The notes under the pieces were generated by a model. The model saw nothing but the letters and a program-made list of their open reading frames with translations. It searched no databases and had not been told where the DNA came from. Shown here piece by piece: positions 55,748 through 64,000 of a stretch of 64,000 nt of DNA. The first letter of the stretch is position 1, and each line of letters starts with the position of its first letter. This DNA comes from a virus: positions 64,001 through 128,000 of the IMG/VR virus record IMGVR_UViG_3300027365_000009. One strand, written 5' to 3'. The position numbers and the translations under genes are program-made.

Positions 55748-57796
55748 TTACCATGTGGTGTACACGGGTCGGGTGTTTATCAATTGACGCTCCAGGGTTT
55801 TGAGATCGTAGGTCTCTTCCAATTCGTACGCCTCACTAGACACCGTCATGGTACCGTTATCCTCAGATACGTCGAACGGAGACTTAATCCCTAGGATAGC
55901 CTCCACTTGTTGTTGAGACCATGCCAAGATATCGCCGGAGCGTGTGGAGATGTTAGGTTCATTTCCAGTGTCGAGGAAACATTCCCACACCGTCGTTTGG
56001 GTGTCAGCTCCGAGGCGATGAATCCGGCTGATCGCTTGTTCACGAATGTACGCACGGAACGGTGCGTTAATCATGATCATCGTATCGGCCATAGTGAGTG
56101 GGACTGCGGTGGACAGTGACTGATAGGTCGCGATGAGGGGGTTGAGGTCTTCCTGTCGGTCAAACTGCTGGACCGTTTTATTCAGTTCACTGTTATTCTT
56201 TCCGTACACCATCACCGGGTTCATTTCCTGTTTGGTGAGGTGGTCATAGGACGCCTCGAGTGCCTCAACAAATGACGTAAATACCACGGTCTTCTTCGGG
56301 GTCGATCCACACACCCCTTTGAAGTCAATGTGGGGTACCATGTCCACATGACACTGAATGCGTTTACGTCCTAGAATGCGACCTAACGCCTCACCCTGGA
56401 TTTTCAAGTTTACGTACTTAACGATAGACTTGATGTCCTTGAACTCATTGCGAAGTTCTTTGGGGAGACTTGGGATAATATACCGTTTCTCGTAGTCGTT
56501 AGATCGTTTGATCTCTTCGGCACAGAACCGCGCGTCCCCATTGAACTTCTGGACCTTCTTAACATCTTCCCGATAGATCGCTAGGTCGGCTGCGTGCTTA
56601 CGGTCCTTGACTTGGTCAGCATGGATCTTCATACATTTGTCGTAAAACGCATGATCGTCCTTTTTCCGACTCTGGTAATACTTAGTCCTTTCCGCAATAA
56701 ACGCTTTCATGTCTTTGCGGATTTCCGTTAAGGTATAATCCCTACCGTTCGGGATTACCACCGGGAGTTTCTTCATCACTGGCTTATCTAGACCAAGTTG
56801 ATGTTTCTCGACCTTAAAAGCGATCTTTCCAATACGATGTTGAAGAATGTCCAAAGCACGCAGACCGTCACGTCCATAGATTTTCTTGAACCGTTCCTCT
56901 ACGTCCTTGGTGAAATAAGGATCAATCGCCCTGAGAAGCGGAATCGCTTCACTACCAATACTCTTGAACGGCGTCCCTGAGGCGTATAGCGTATCAGTGG
57001 GCTCAAGCTTTTCCAGCAAGGTAAGGAACTTCTGGGTACGTTGACTACCGATGTCGTTCAGATTATGGGATTCATCCAGGATCACTACCGTACGTTCGGT
57101 GCGTAGGTCATTGGCGAGATCCAATGCTTTATCTAGCGCCTCATAATGGAAGATCGCAACATGTTCGTTTTTGAACGGTTTGTCGTGCTGGGCGACCCAA
57201 CTCGACGGGGCTTTCTTGAATAGTTTATTGACCTCACTTTCCCAGACACGCTCTGTGGCATTTTTAGGGCAGACCACCACAATCCGTTCAGCCTTTAAAC
57301 AGTTGGCAATAGTGAGGCCCATCAGGGTCTTACCACTACCCGCTACCGCAGCAAGAAGGTATCCTTTAAGTTGGTACTGCTGGGTGAGTCGATCATATTC
57401 TTCATAAAACGTCTGTTGGTAATCCAACGGACGGTAGATCATGTCATTGACAAGGGACAAATCCATTCTCGGCTTCGGTTCCAACTGTGTGTCTTGGAGC
57501 CAGGTGTGTTCGAGAAGTAGATCCTTGATCTTAGTCAGAGTACGGACATTGGTCCACCGGGAACGATGGGTAGTCATCGTCTCCAACATGTAATAAATGT
57601 CGGTCGCAAAAAAGATAGGAAACGCCAGCGTGTTACGTGACGCGGTCGTGAACATGTACTGGTTAATGCGCGATGTCTTCCAAATGCGTGAAATATCGCG
57701 GGCCATGGTATCAGCAGGAATCCCGCTGATCACAATTTCTTTTTCGGTCTGAGTGACTTTAATGTTGCCAAGAATGCGGCGGATTTTAGAGAACAC
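55748..57796 (-). CDS. SNF2/SF2-family helicase (jumbo-phage virion-type)
   Basis: AVAGSGKT, LDESHN, ASGTP, QAISRIHRLG motifs. Confidence 0.88.
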   Translation of the reverse strand: MFSKIRRILGNIKVTQTEKEIVISGIPADTMARDISRIWKTSRINQYMFTTASRNTLAFPIFFATDIYYMLETMTTHRSRWTNVRTLTKIKDLLLEHTWLQDTQLEPKPRMDLSLVNDMIYRPLDYQQTFYEEYDRLTQQYQLKGYLLAAVAGSGKTLMGLTIANCLKAERIVVVCPKNATERVWESEVNKLFKKAPSSWVAQHDKPFKNEHVAIFHYEALDKALDLANDLRTERTVVILDESHNLNDIGSQRTQKFLTLLEKLEPTDTLYASGTPFKSIGSEAIPLLRAIDPYFTKDVEERFKKIYGRDGLRALDILQHRIGKIAFKVEKHQLGLDKPVMKKLPVVIPNGRDYTLTEIRKDMKAFIAERTKYYQSRKKDDHAFYDKCMKIHADQVKDRKHAADLAIYREDVKKVQKFNGDARFCAEEIKRSNDYEKRYIIPSLPKELRNEFKDIKSIVKYVNLKIQGEALGRILGRKRIQCHVDMVPHIDFKGVCGSTPKKTVVFTSFVEALEASYDHLTKQEMNPVMVYGKNNSELNKTVQQFDRQEDLNPLIATYQSLSTAVPLTMADTMIMINAPFRAYIREQAISRIHRLGADTQTTVWECFLDTGNEPNISTRSGDILAWSQQQVEAILGIKSPFDVSEDNGTMTVSSEAYELEETYDLKTLERQLINTRPVYTTW

Positions 57797-57935
57797 GAAA
57801 ATTGCCTCGGGCGTGGATAGGTTGCGAAATCATAAGATTGACGACATAACCGGATGACCTCCCTGCGCGTGGGAGGTCGGTACCACAACTGTAACAGTGT
57901 GTCTTACATAGTATTACGTATAATGCCCTAATGTT

Positions 57936-58110
57936 ATAGCACTGGTAGGGTTCGGCGTAATGCCCTACGTTAAGGAAGGTGATCCAGTCGCTAAAGGTCG
58001 GTAGGAGGATGAGTTCCGCACTACCGGCTGGGGGTCAACCAATCACCGTGAGGTGACCGTATCCCCACCCTAGGCTACCGGTGCGCATCGCCCTCCCTTC
58101 GGGGAGGGCC
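57936..58110 (+). ncRNA. Candidate structured non-coding RNA
   Basis: ORF-free intergenic region with nested stems (TAGC-ACTGG/CCAGT-C-GCTA; GTAGGGT/GCCCTAC; GGTCGGTAG/CTACCGGCT; TCACC-GTGA-GGTGA), ending in a CCCTCCC-TTCG-GGGAGGG hairpin. Confidence 0.45.
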
Positions 58111-58136
58111 CCTATTCCAACTCTTAGGTGTTAACC

Positions 58137-58277
58137 ATGGATATTCCTCCTGAAGGTACATCCCCTGAGGAAACGATCAACCATTGTTTACATGAGCTTC
58201 TGTCTCGACAACGACCTCTTGATGAAGAATTTCAGCGTGTCTTAAACGAAGAGGCGTTCGACCTCTACGAGGAGTAG
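58137..58277 (+). CDS. Small acidic protein (46 aa)
   Basis: TAGGTG RBS; MDIPPEG...QRPLDEEFQRVLNEEAFDLYEE. Confidence 0.55.
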   Translation: MDIPPEGTSPEETINHCLHELLSRQRPLDEEFQRVLNEEAFDLYEE

Positions 58278-58788
58278 TTATACGCACAGTACCCATGATG
58301 TGCTGAGGTACATAACTACCGAAGCATTTTAGAAAGTTCGCCGCCCATTGGCTTAGTGGCAGGCGAGCACCACTAAACAAGAACGGTAGTATGAATTGTT
58401 CCTAAACCCATTTCTCGTGTTTCTATCGTCTCTTTTGGTTCTTCTTTGGTTAACCCGACCCTGTGGTGGGCAGTTGGGGTTTACCTGGTCTGAAGAGCAT
58501 CGTGAAACGCGGGACACACTAAAGATTGGGTGTTCATTACACCGCAACGCTCTGGCCGTTGTATGGATAATGACGCTTAGTCTAGGCCCACCACCCAGTA
58601 AGTCGTGGTTAAAACGAAACACTCCCCTGCGGGAGTGATACCCGACGCGGGTATAAGGAGCCTCCCATGTGGGAGGCTCCTATGTCGTAGGGTAGTATTA
58701 TTACGATAAAGATAATCTTATGACGAGATGTGTGAGTCTCATAATACCAAACCAAAACGCAATCACGCAGCACTGAAGGATACCACCC

Positions 58789-58977
58789 ATGGATTTACCC
58801 AATGATACCTTTTTAGTTGACCAACATGTGTTAGATCTCCCGGTACAGGCCATTAGCCTCGACTGCAATTTCTGGCAGGGAATGGACCCCTACATGGAAG
58901 TCCCACAAGAAATGACTCGCTATGTCCCAGACCTTATCGACTGTGGGGAGTTTGGTCAGCGCCTACTAGAAAACTGA
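58789..58977 (+). CDS. Small hypothetical protein
   Basis: 62 aa, AAGGA RBS. Confidence 0.55.
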   Translation: MDLPNDTFLVDQHVLDLPVQAISLDCNFWQGMDPYMEVPQEMTRYVPDLIDCGEFGQRLLEN

Positions 58978-58999
58978 TTATCGTCTAAAAGGTATTGTA

Positions 59000-59482
59000 A
59001 TGTACGCCATATCACAAGAACGATTTCTGGCTCGCGTGAGCGACACATTCGACATTGAACTCACCAACAGTCAACCCGATAGCATCGAAAGCTACCAGGT
59101 CACGCCGATGTGGCTAGGGAATGGCTGGTTCCAGTTGGACGATCACCACCCGCGATTGTTGTCGATCACCACCCGCGATCGACATTGGGGCGTATTGGTA
59201 TATTTCTTGAATGGCGCAACACACAAACCCTACATGACGGTACATGGTGCTAATGTTACGTGTTGGGATGATTTCCCTTCAGAAGTCCAGTGGGCGCTTT
59301 GGAAGATCCTTCATCATTTCCATCGCCCGGACAGCGATCTTCATCCCAAACATCTAACACAACACACGTTACACCTCTTACAAGAGAACGGTACTTTATC
59401 GAAGCGAAAGTGCGCTAAGATACGTCCCATCATGGAGCGTTGGTTCTATCGACTGAATCCCGTGTATCAACCACCCATGTAG
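59000..59482 (+). CDS. Hypothetical protein
   Basis: 160-aa ORF, AAGGT RBS; terminator at 59493-59517. Confidence 0.6.
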   Translation: MYAISQERFLARVSDTFDIELTNSQPDSIESYQVTPMWLGNGWFQLDDHHPRLLSITTRDRHWGVLVYFLNGATHKPYMTVHGANVTCWDDFPSEVQWALWKILHHFHRPDSDLHPKHLTQHTLHLLQENGTLSKRKCAKIRPIMERWFYRLNPVYQPPM

Positions 59483-59599
59483 ATGGCGCCCCGCCCTCCC
59501 TTCGGGGAGGGATTTTCTGTCCTTAACGTGAAAATACCCACTTGCCTGATGATCTGCTAATGACTTTCTGTCTGTCACTTGACTACTAAGGATATGTCC

Positions 59600-60091
59600 A
59601 TGGATATGCAATCACCCAATGAGACCCCTGCGGTGTTCGTTCAATCACGGCCTTTTACCATCAAGATGGGGGAGTCCTGCTTTGGCCTACAAACCACGGA
59701 CGCTGATAGCGTTCAACACACGACGCTTACCCTGTATCAGGAAGAAGGCGGTGCCAATACCATTATTCAAGCCGAAGGGCAGGTGGTAGCCACTACAGTC
59801 GAACCCATCATGGGCGTTGATGAAGAAGGCAAGGTTATTGCTGACCGGTCAGTCGGGGCCTATATTGGTGTCCTCACCCAGTGTCAAGACGACGTTTTTA
59901 TTGTCACCCTCATCATCGAGGGTACTGATGGAATCTTCCATGAGCAACGGTCGGTGTCCGTGGAGTGTGATCGGAAAGACGACCTAGTGTTAAGTTATCA
60001 TCACCACCATAACTGCGTTTTCATTACGTCTAACCGAAAGAACGGGACCTTGGCCCGCATCGATAACATCCGCAAAGGAGTCGCCGCGTGA
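59600..60091 (+). CDS. Hypothetical protein
   Basis: TAAGGA RBS; stop overlaps the dcd start (GTGA). Confidence 0.6.
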   Translation: MDMQSPNETPAVFVQSRPFTIKMGESCFGLQTTDADSVQHTTLTLYQEEGGANTIIQAEGQVVATTVEPIMGVDEEGKVIADRSVGAYIGVLTQCQDDVFIVTLIIEGTDGIFHEQRSVSVECDRKDDLVLSYHHHHNCVFITSNRKNGTLARIDNIRKGVAA

Positions 60092-60747
60092 TCCTTTCTG
60101 ACCGCACCATTCGTAATCTTTGTCAACACCCTTATCAACACGAACATGTTATTGAACGGAAGACATACGAGAGTGGGTTAGAGGCTGTACGTATCGACGA
60201 TAACCTGTCGATCTACAACAACCAACGCCCAATGATTCAGCCGTTTGTCGATGGTCAAGTGCGGGAAGTGGAAGGACAGAAGATCGTTAGCTATGGCTTG
60301 TCGTCTTATGGATACGATGTCCGACTGGCCGACGAATTCAAAATTTTCACTAACGTCAGAAACGCCGTGATTGATCCTCTCAATCCTGACCCGGATTGTT
60401 TTATCAGTCACAAGGGTGATTCCTGCATTATCCCGCCGAACAGCTACATCCTGGGACACACGGTAGAAACCTTTCGTATCCCTCGCAATGTCATGGTGGT
60501 GGCGGTTGGGAAAAGTACCTATGCACGTCTCGCCGGTATCATTAATGTGACACCGATCGAACCTGAGTTCGAAGGAAATGTGGTCATCGAAATCGCAAAC
60601 GCGTCCACGCTTCCATTGAAGGTTTATGCAGGTCAAGGCATTGCGCAGTTCATGTTTTTCAAAGGCGATGCGGAATGTGAAACCTCTTATGCGGATAAGG
60701 ATGGAAAATACCAAGGTCAGACGGGCTTGACGCTCGCTCGTCTCTAA
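60088..60747 (+). CDS. dcd: dCTP deaminase
   Basis: [49 protein letters not shown]. Confidence 0.93.
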   Translation: MILSDRTIRNLCQHPYQHEHVIERKTYESGLEAVRIDDNLSIYNNQRPMIQPFVDGQVREVEGQKIVSYGLSSYGYDVRLADEFKIFTNVRNAVIDPLNPDPDCFISHKGDSCIIPPNSYILGHTVETFRIPRNVMVVAVGKSTYARLAGIINVTPIEPEFEGNVVIEIANASTLPLKVYAGQGIAQFMFFKGDAECETSYADKDGKYQGQTGLTLARL

Positions 60748-60804
60748 ATATACCCTCCCCAATATGGGGAGGGAGTCTATGCCGATAAGAAAAAGGAACA
60801 CGTA

Positions 60805-61281
60805 ATGACGCACACTATAATGACCAAACACCGGCCACACCTTCTAGATTTCTTTATGCCGTTAAATGGGTACTGTGGGTCGGAACTCCACATCCAGCTC
60901 ACCATGACTCCCATTGAGATTGTCACCAAAACAAAGTATCATGACTATCTATCTGAGGTAGTGGTAGAAGGAGACCTTGGGATTTATCGATACACGGTGA
61001 TATTCCCAACAGCGGAATGGGACCATTTGCACATATACGACGCCCTGGACATCCAACGCGAATGTTTGGCCAAAATCGGAGATAACCACGGTGTTGTGTT
61101 ACGCTATGTAGGACCGGCAGTGAAACATCGGGCGTGTCCCAGTAACATGCTGTCCCCTACGGATGACCTGCCAATCTTCAACCAATACTACGATCCAGAA
61201 GACTATACCGATTGGCGTTTGGGAATTGAAGCCCATCCTCAGCGAGAAACCCTGTTTCTTCCTTACCGTATCACACGGTGA
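60805..61281 (+). CDS. Hypothetical protein
   Basis: 158-aa ORF, AAGGA RBS. Confidence 0.6.
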   Translation: MTHTIMTKHRPHLLDFFMPLNGYCGSELHIQLTMTPIEIVTKTKYHDYLSEVVVEGDLGIYRYTVIFPTAEWDHLHIYDALDIQRECLAKIGDNHGVVLRYVGPAVKHRACPSNMLSPTDDLPIFNQYYDPEDYTDWRLGIEAHPQRETLFLPYRITR

Positions 61282-61310
61282 GCCTTAAGGGTGGGTGTGA
61301 GTCAACCAGT

Positions 61311-61328
61311 AATAAAACCTATATCACT
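61311..61328 (+). promoter_or_regulatory. Putative early promoter
   Basis: AATAAAACCTATATCACT-GACATG. Confidence 0.55.
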
Positions 61329-61362
61329 GACATGACCCATCCACCCTAAGAAGGACACCGCC

Positions 61363-62286
61363 ATGTTGTTCTGTACCCGCCAACCGCTGTTCGTCGATAT
61401 CACCAAGCATATTTTGGTGTGGCTTGCCGATCTGTCTATCACCCCGGATAGTGTTATCCAAAACACCCTTAGTGCATTACCCAAATGCCAGGATTATCAG
61501 ATTCGACTCTCGTCGGCGACGGTAGAGGTCGTCGCGATTGACGATGACGAGTATCCTTACGGGTTTACGTTGGCTAAACGTGATCTCCCCCTCCGAGATA
61601 AAGCAATCCAGTTCAGCACTGCCGACGCAACCGCTCAGCAGATTGCACAGATTATCACGGAAAGCAGCGTGGTAGACGACATGCCACTTCAACACGCTCA
61701 TTTCGGGACCGCAATGACATACGCCTTGATGCGCCATGTTGGCGAGGACCTTCGGCTGACGCTGCATTTTCGCTCCTCCATTGTAGGTCTCCATCTTGGT
61801 ATTGTGGGGAAAACCCGCACAGGGAGAGCGGTGGTGAATGAAGGGTTCGATTACCCCATCGAGATGGACAGTGCTCTTACGCCAAACGACCTACCGTTGG
61901 TTGATACAGGGAAAGAACACTTCTTCCGTCTCCACTACCTAGGGAAAGGGAATCAGGATATCGTTTATATGGCTTCAGAATGCGATCTGGAGGCTGTTCT
62001 CTTCCAAGGTAGGGACTTGTCCTACCTAGCAGGACAATGGCCTTATAAGGCGTTTACGGCCCTTTGTCGAGGGGATAACACAAAACGCCCTGGACTTGCA
62101 TTAAAAACTCCTAAAGGTTGGATCGTTTTGCTTCACGATTCACGCCATGATTCAGCTCCGTTTTATGTCTATCGTCTCCCTGATGCCTACAAAGGACAGT
62201 ATGGTATATCTAATGGCATGTACCTGGGAAGTGAGATGACACAACTCCTGCTGGCTAGCCAGCCGTTCCACGTTCTTACCCATTAA
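61363..62286 (+). CDS. Hypothetical protein
   Basis: 307-aa ORF, AAGGA RBS. Confidence 0.65.
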   Translation: MLFCTRQPLFVDITKHILVWLADLSITPDSVIQNTLSALPKCQDYQIRLSSATVEVVAIDDDEYPYGFTLAKRDLPLRDKAIQFSTADATAQQIAQIITESSVVDDMPLQHAHFGTAMTYALMRHVGEDLRLTLHFRSSIVGLHLGIVGKTRTGRAVVNEGFDYPIEMDSALTPNDLPLVDTGKEHFFRLHYLGKGNQDIVYMASECDLEAVLFQGRDLSYLAGQWPYKAFTALCRGDNTKRPGLALKTPKGWIVLLHDSRHDSAPFYVYRLPDAYKGQYGISNGMYLGSEMTQLLLASQPFHVLTH

Positions 62287-62332
62287 CCACACGCCCTTCT
62301 ACGGAAGGGCCTCTCTACCGAGGATCGATACC

Positions 62333-62881
62333 ATGATGATTCGTGCTGCACTGTATAACCTTTACCTGACGCTTGTCGCATTGGCATATGGAATAGTTCA
62401 CCGAATACCGGGCTGGAAATATCCATTGACCCACCAGATTGATCAAGGGGATACCTTCCACACCCATGGGTCGTCGATGGAACTCTTTGCTTTTAATCGT
62501 CTAAAACACGCCAAACAGCTGACATTGCTATCGTGGGTAAACGCCCCACTGGTGTTGGTCACCACGTTCCAGGGCAACATCATGTATGTAACAGCCTTTC
62601 GGTTAGTGAAAGACATTGGCCAAACCGATATCGCCGTTGCCACTCGGGGCGTGCAGGGTAAAGACGGCCGTTTCTTCTACCACTATACCAACGGCCAACT
62701 CCAACGGGCGCTCCGCCCGACCGGGAAAAGTCGGCATATGGGATTCCTTCCGAACGATCCCCTCTTCACTGTTGTGGAGCCACTGACCGACCGCGATAGA
62801 GCAGCGATTGATAATTATCGTGATAAGGCCGACGGACCACTTCTTCCGGATGTCGGTCCAGAAACGATCATCTCCCATTAA
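62333..62881 (+). CDS. Hypothetical protein with N-terminal TM helix
   Basis: 182-aa ORF, GAGGA RBS. Confidence 0.6.
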   Translation: MMIRAALYNLYLTLVALAYGIVHRIPGWKYPLTHQIDQGDTFHTHGSSMELFAFNRLKHAKQLTLLSWVNAPLVLVTTFQGNIMYVTAFRLVKDIGQTDIAVATRGVQGKDGRFFYHYTNGQLQRALRPTGKSRHMGFLPNDPLFTVVEPLTDRDRAAIDNYRDKADGPLLPDVGPETIISH

Positions 62882-62892
62882 TTCCCGTACTG

Positions 62893-63312
62893 GTGAACAC
62901 GATGTTAACGACCCCCGACTTACTGAAACTTATCGCCACCAACGGCGGAATCGAACAACAAAAAAACAACGCAGTAACCGCCTTAGTCAACCACCTTCAT
63001 CTCGATCACGATGAGAGTCCCCTGAAGCGCCGTCTTCAAGCCATTTTCCTAGACAATGTTTTCGGTTATGTGGCGATTGAATACATCGAGAAAACTCGTC
63101 CAGTTGGCGTATTATGGATAGGTAGTAAACAGATCATGGTATTTGTACATCCCGATCATCGTCGGTGTGGTATTGCCAAAAAACTAATCGGTCGGGTAAC
63201 GGGTATTCTCGATGACCGACCCAGTCTGTGGTATGATAATAGCGAGGGCCTCTATCGTCTAATGGATCCATTCTGTACGTTGAGTGGCCCCACTCAACGA
63301 CAGCGCGCCTGA
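62893..63312 (+). CDS. GNAT-family acetyltransferase
   Basis: MVFVHPDHRRCGIAKKLI acetyl-CoA-binding motif A. Confidence 0.75.
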   Translation: MNTMLTTPDLLKLIATNGGIEQQKNNAVTALVNHLHLDHDESPLKRRLQAIFLDNVFGYVAIEYIEKTRPVGVLWIGSKQIMVFVHPDHRRCGIAKKLIGRVTGILDDRPSLWYDNSEGLYRLMDPFCTLSGPTQRQRA

Positions 63313-63358
63313 TTGGCGTCATAGAAGAAGGGTCCTGCGGGGCCCTCTTTTTTTTTGT

Positions 63359-63613
63359 TTAACGGCGTTGGTTTCGGTATTGATATCGGTACATGGCCAG
63401 TTCGGTCACCAGTCTCACTGCCGGTTCACTGTTCCCATGTTCGATACCTCGAAGGCGATCTTTCACATAGTGGCGTTTTGCTGCAGTGGTACTCTGCCAT
63501 CGATGGGCATTGATCACGATATCATGCAGTGCTTCTCCGGTTAGTGCCGATAACTGAGAACGAATTAAAAAATCAATCGCAACATGCATGGCGATCTGTT
63601 TGACGTCTTTCAT
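63359..63613 (-). CDS. Hypothetical protein
   Basis: 84-aa ORF, AAGGGT RBS. Confidence 0.55.
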   Translation of the reverse strand: MKDVKQIAMHVAIDFLIRSQLSALTGEALHDIVINAHRWQSTTAAKRHYVKDRLRGIEHGNSEPAVRLVTELAMYRYQYRNQRR

Positions 63614-63670
63614 TTTAGTACCCTTCAGGATAGTAGTGAAATCCTTCAGGTTCCCTGGTTTTTTTTTGGT

Positions 63671-64000
63671 TTACTCAACGGATCGCAGCACCGGCCGCCA
63701 ACCATGGACGGCGACAGCATAATCTGTTCTTACTGAACTGAAGGCCGTCAAGGAAGAATGACCACGGAATATTCTATCCCCGTAGGTATCGGTTTCACTT
63801 GCCGATGTCCAAGTGGCTCGCCCATCTCCCTCGCCAATAGATAAATCGCCATTCGTATAGTTAATACCCCACTCCAAACCGTCCGGATCGTCAATATGTA
63901 TTGGATACATCAGTCTATTCCACTCACCCCCAGGACTCGATGCTGGATTGGTATCACCGCCAGTGAGTAGGGTGACTTTAAAAACATTATCATTTACCGT
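63671..64000 (-). CDS. C-terminal part of a GWRPxL-family virion protein (start outside the window)
   Basis: Frame open from the right edge: ..TVNDNVFKVTLLTGGDTNPASSPGGEWNRLMYPIH...HGWRPVLRSVE*; paralogue of 6657..7544. Confidence 0.75.
   Translation of the reverse strand, partial: TVNDNVFKVTLLTGGDTNPASSPGGEWNRLMYPIHIDDPDGLEWGINYTNGDLSIGEGDGRATWTSASETDTYGDRIFRGHSSLTAFSSVRTDYAVAVHGWRPVLRSVE

Noticed and set aside
57936-58110. Hammerhead/pistol ribozyme or tRNA in the structured region
   Set aside because: No CUGANGA..GAAA core, only a partial pistol-like CGUUAA, and no T-loop/cloverleaf. I saw no tRNA genes anywhere in the window.
58353-58638. ORFs 58396..58638 (+) and 58353..58622 (-)
   Set aside because: No clear RBS or motifs, and they overlap each other; a small membrane protein is possible but unsupported.
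10029-63667. Long T/A homopolymers as phase-variation switches
   Set aside because: Nearly all are intergenic and adjacent to hairpins (terminator tails), and their lengths may reflect sequencing error; only the 33481 tract is noted speculatively.

Overview
This is a 64-kb segment of a phiKZ-like (Chimalliviridae-type) jumbo phage genome. The very acidic fibre proteins suggest a halophilic host, which is an inference. The left half (1-33 kb) is a late/virion region. It holds two collagen/repeat tail-fibre genes, a lysis cluster with a PGBD+muramidase endolysin, an Mtd-like receptor-binding gene, and a block syntenic with phiKZ gp171-gp182. That block includes the prohead protease, virion RNA polymerase beta- and beta'-like subunits, and a 2486-aa tail protein with a lytic transglycosylase domain. 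The two RNAP genes are split by three group I introns, each inserted at an active-site codon (AD|HDD, GD|K, DF|DGD). One intron carries an HNH homing endonuclease in its L1 loop, with an apparent RNA switch at the 5' splice site. The right half (33-64 kb) is an early/accessory region. It contains a Tad1 / stand-alone ligase-Ia domain / Tad2-like anti-defence operon, dTTP-supply genes (tmk, DHFR, thyA, dcd), RMF-like paralogues, a SNF2-like helicase, many hypothetical genes, a repeated CTATATCAC promoter motif and a hairpin family. The best candidates for new biology are the Tad1-NligIa-Tad2 operon, the intron/HEG switch, the Mtd-like gene with DGR-like codon signature plus an orphan C-terminal cassette, a 55-bp element shared by DHFR and thyA, and a structured intergenic RNA at about 58 kb. 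All homology calls are from motif recognition, not database searches.
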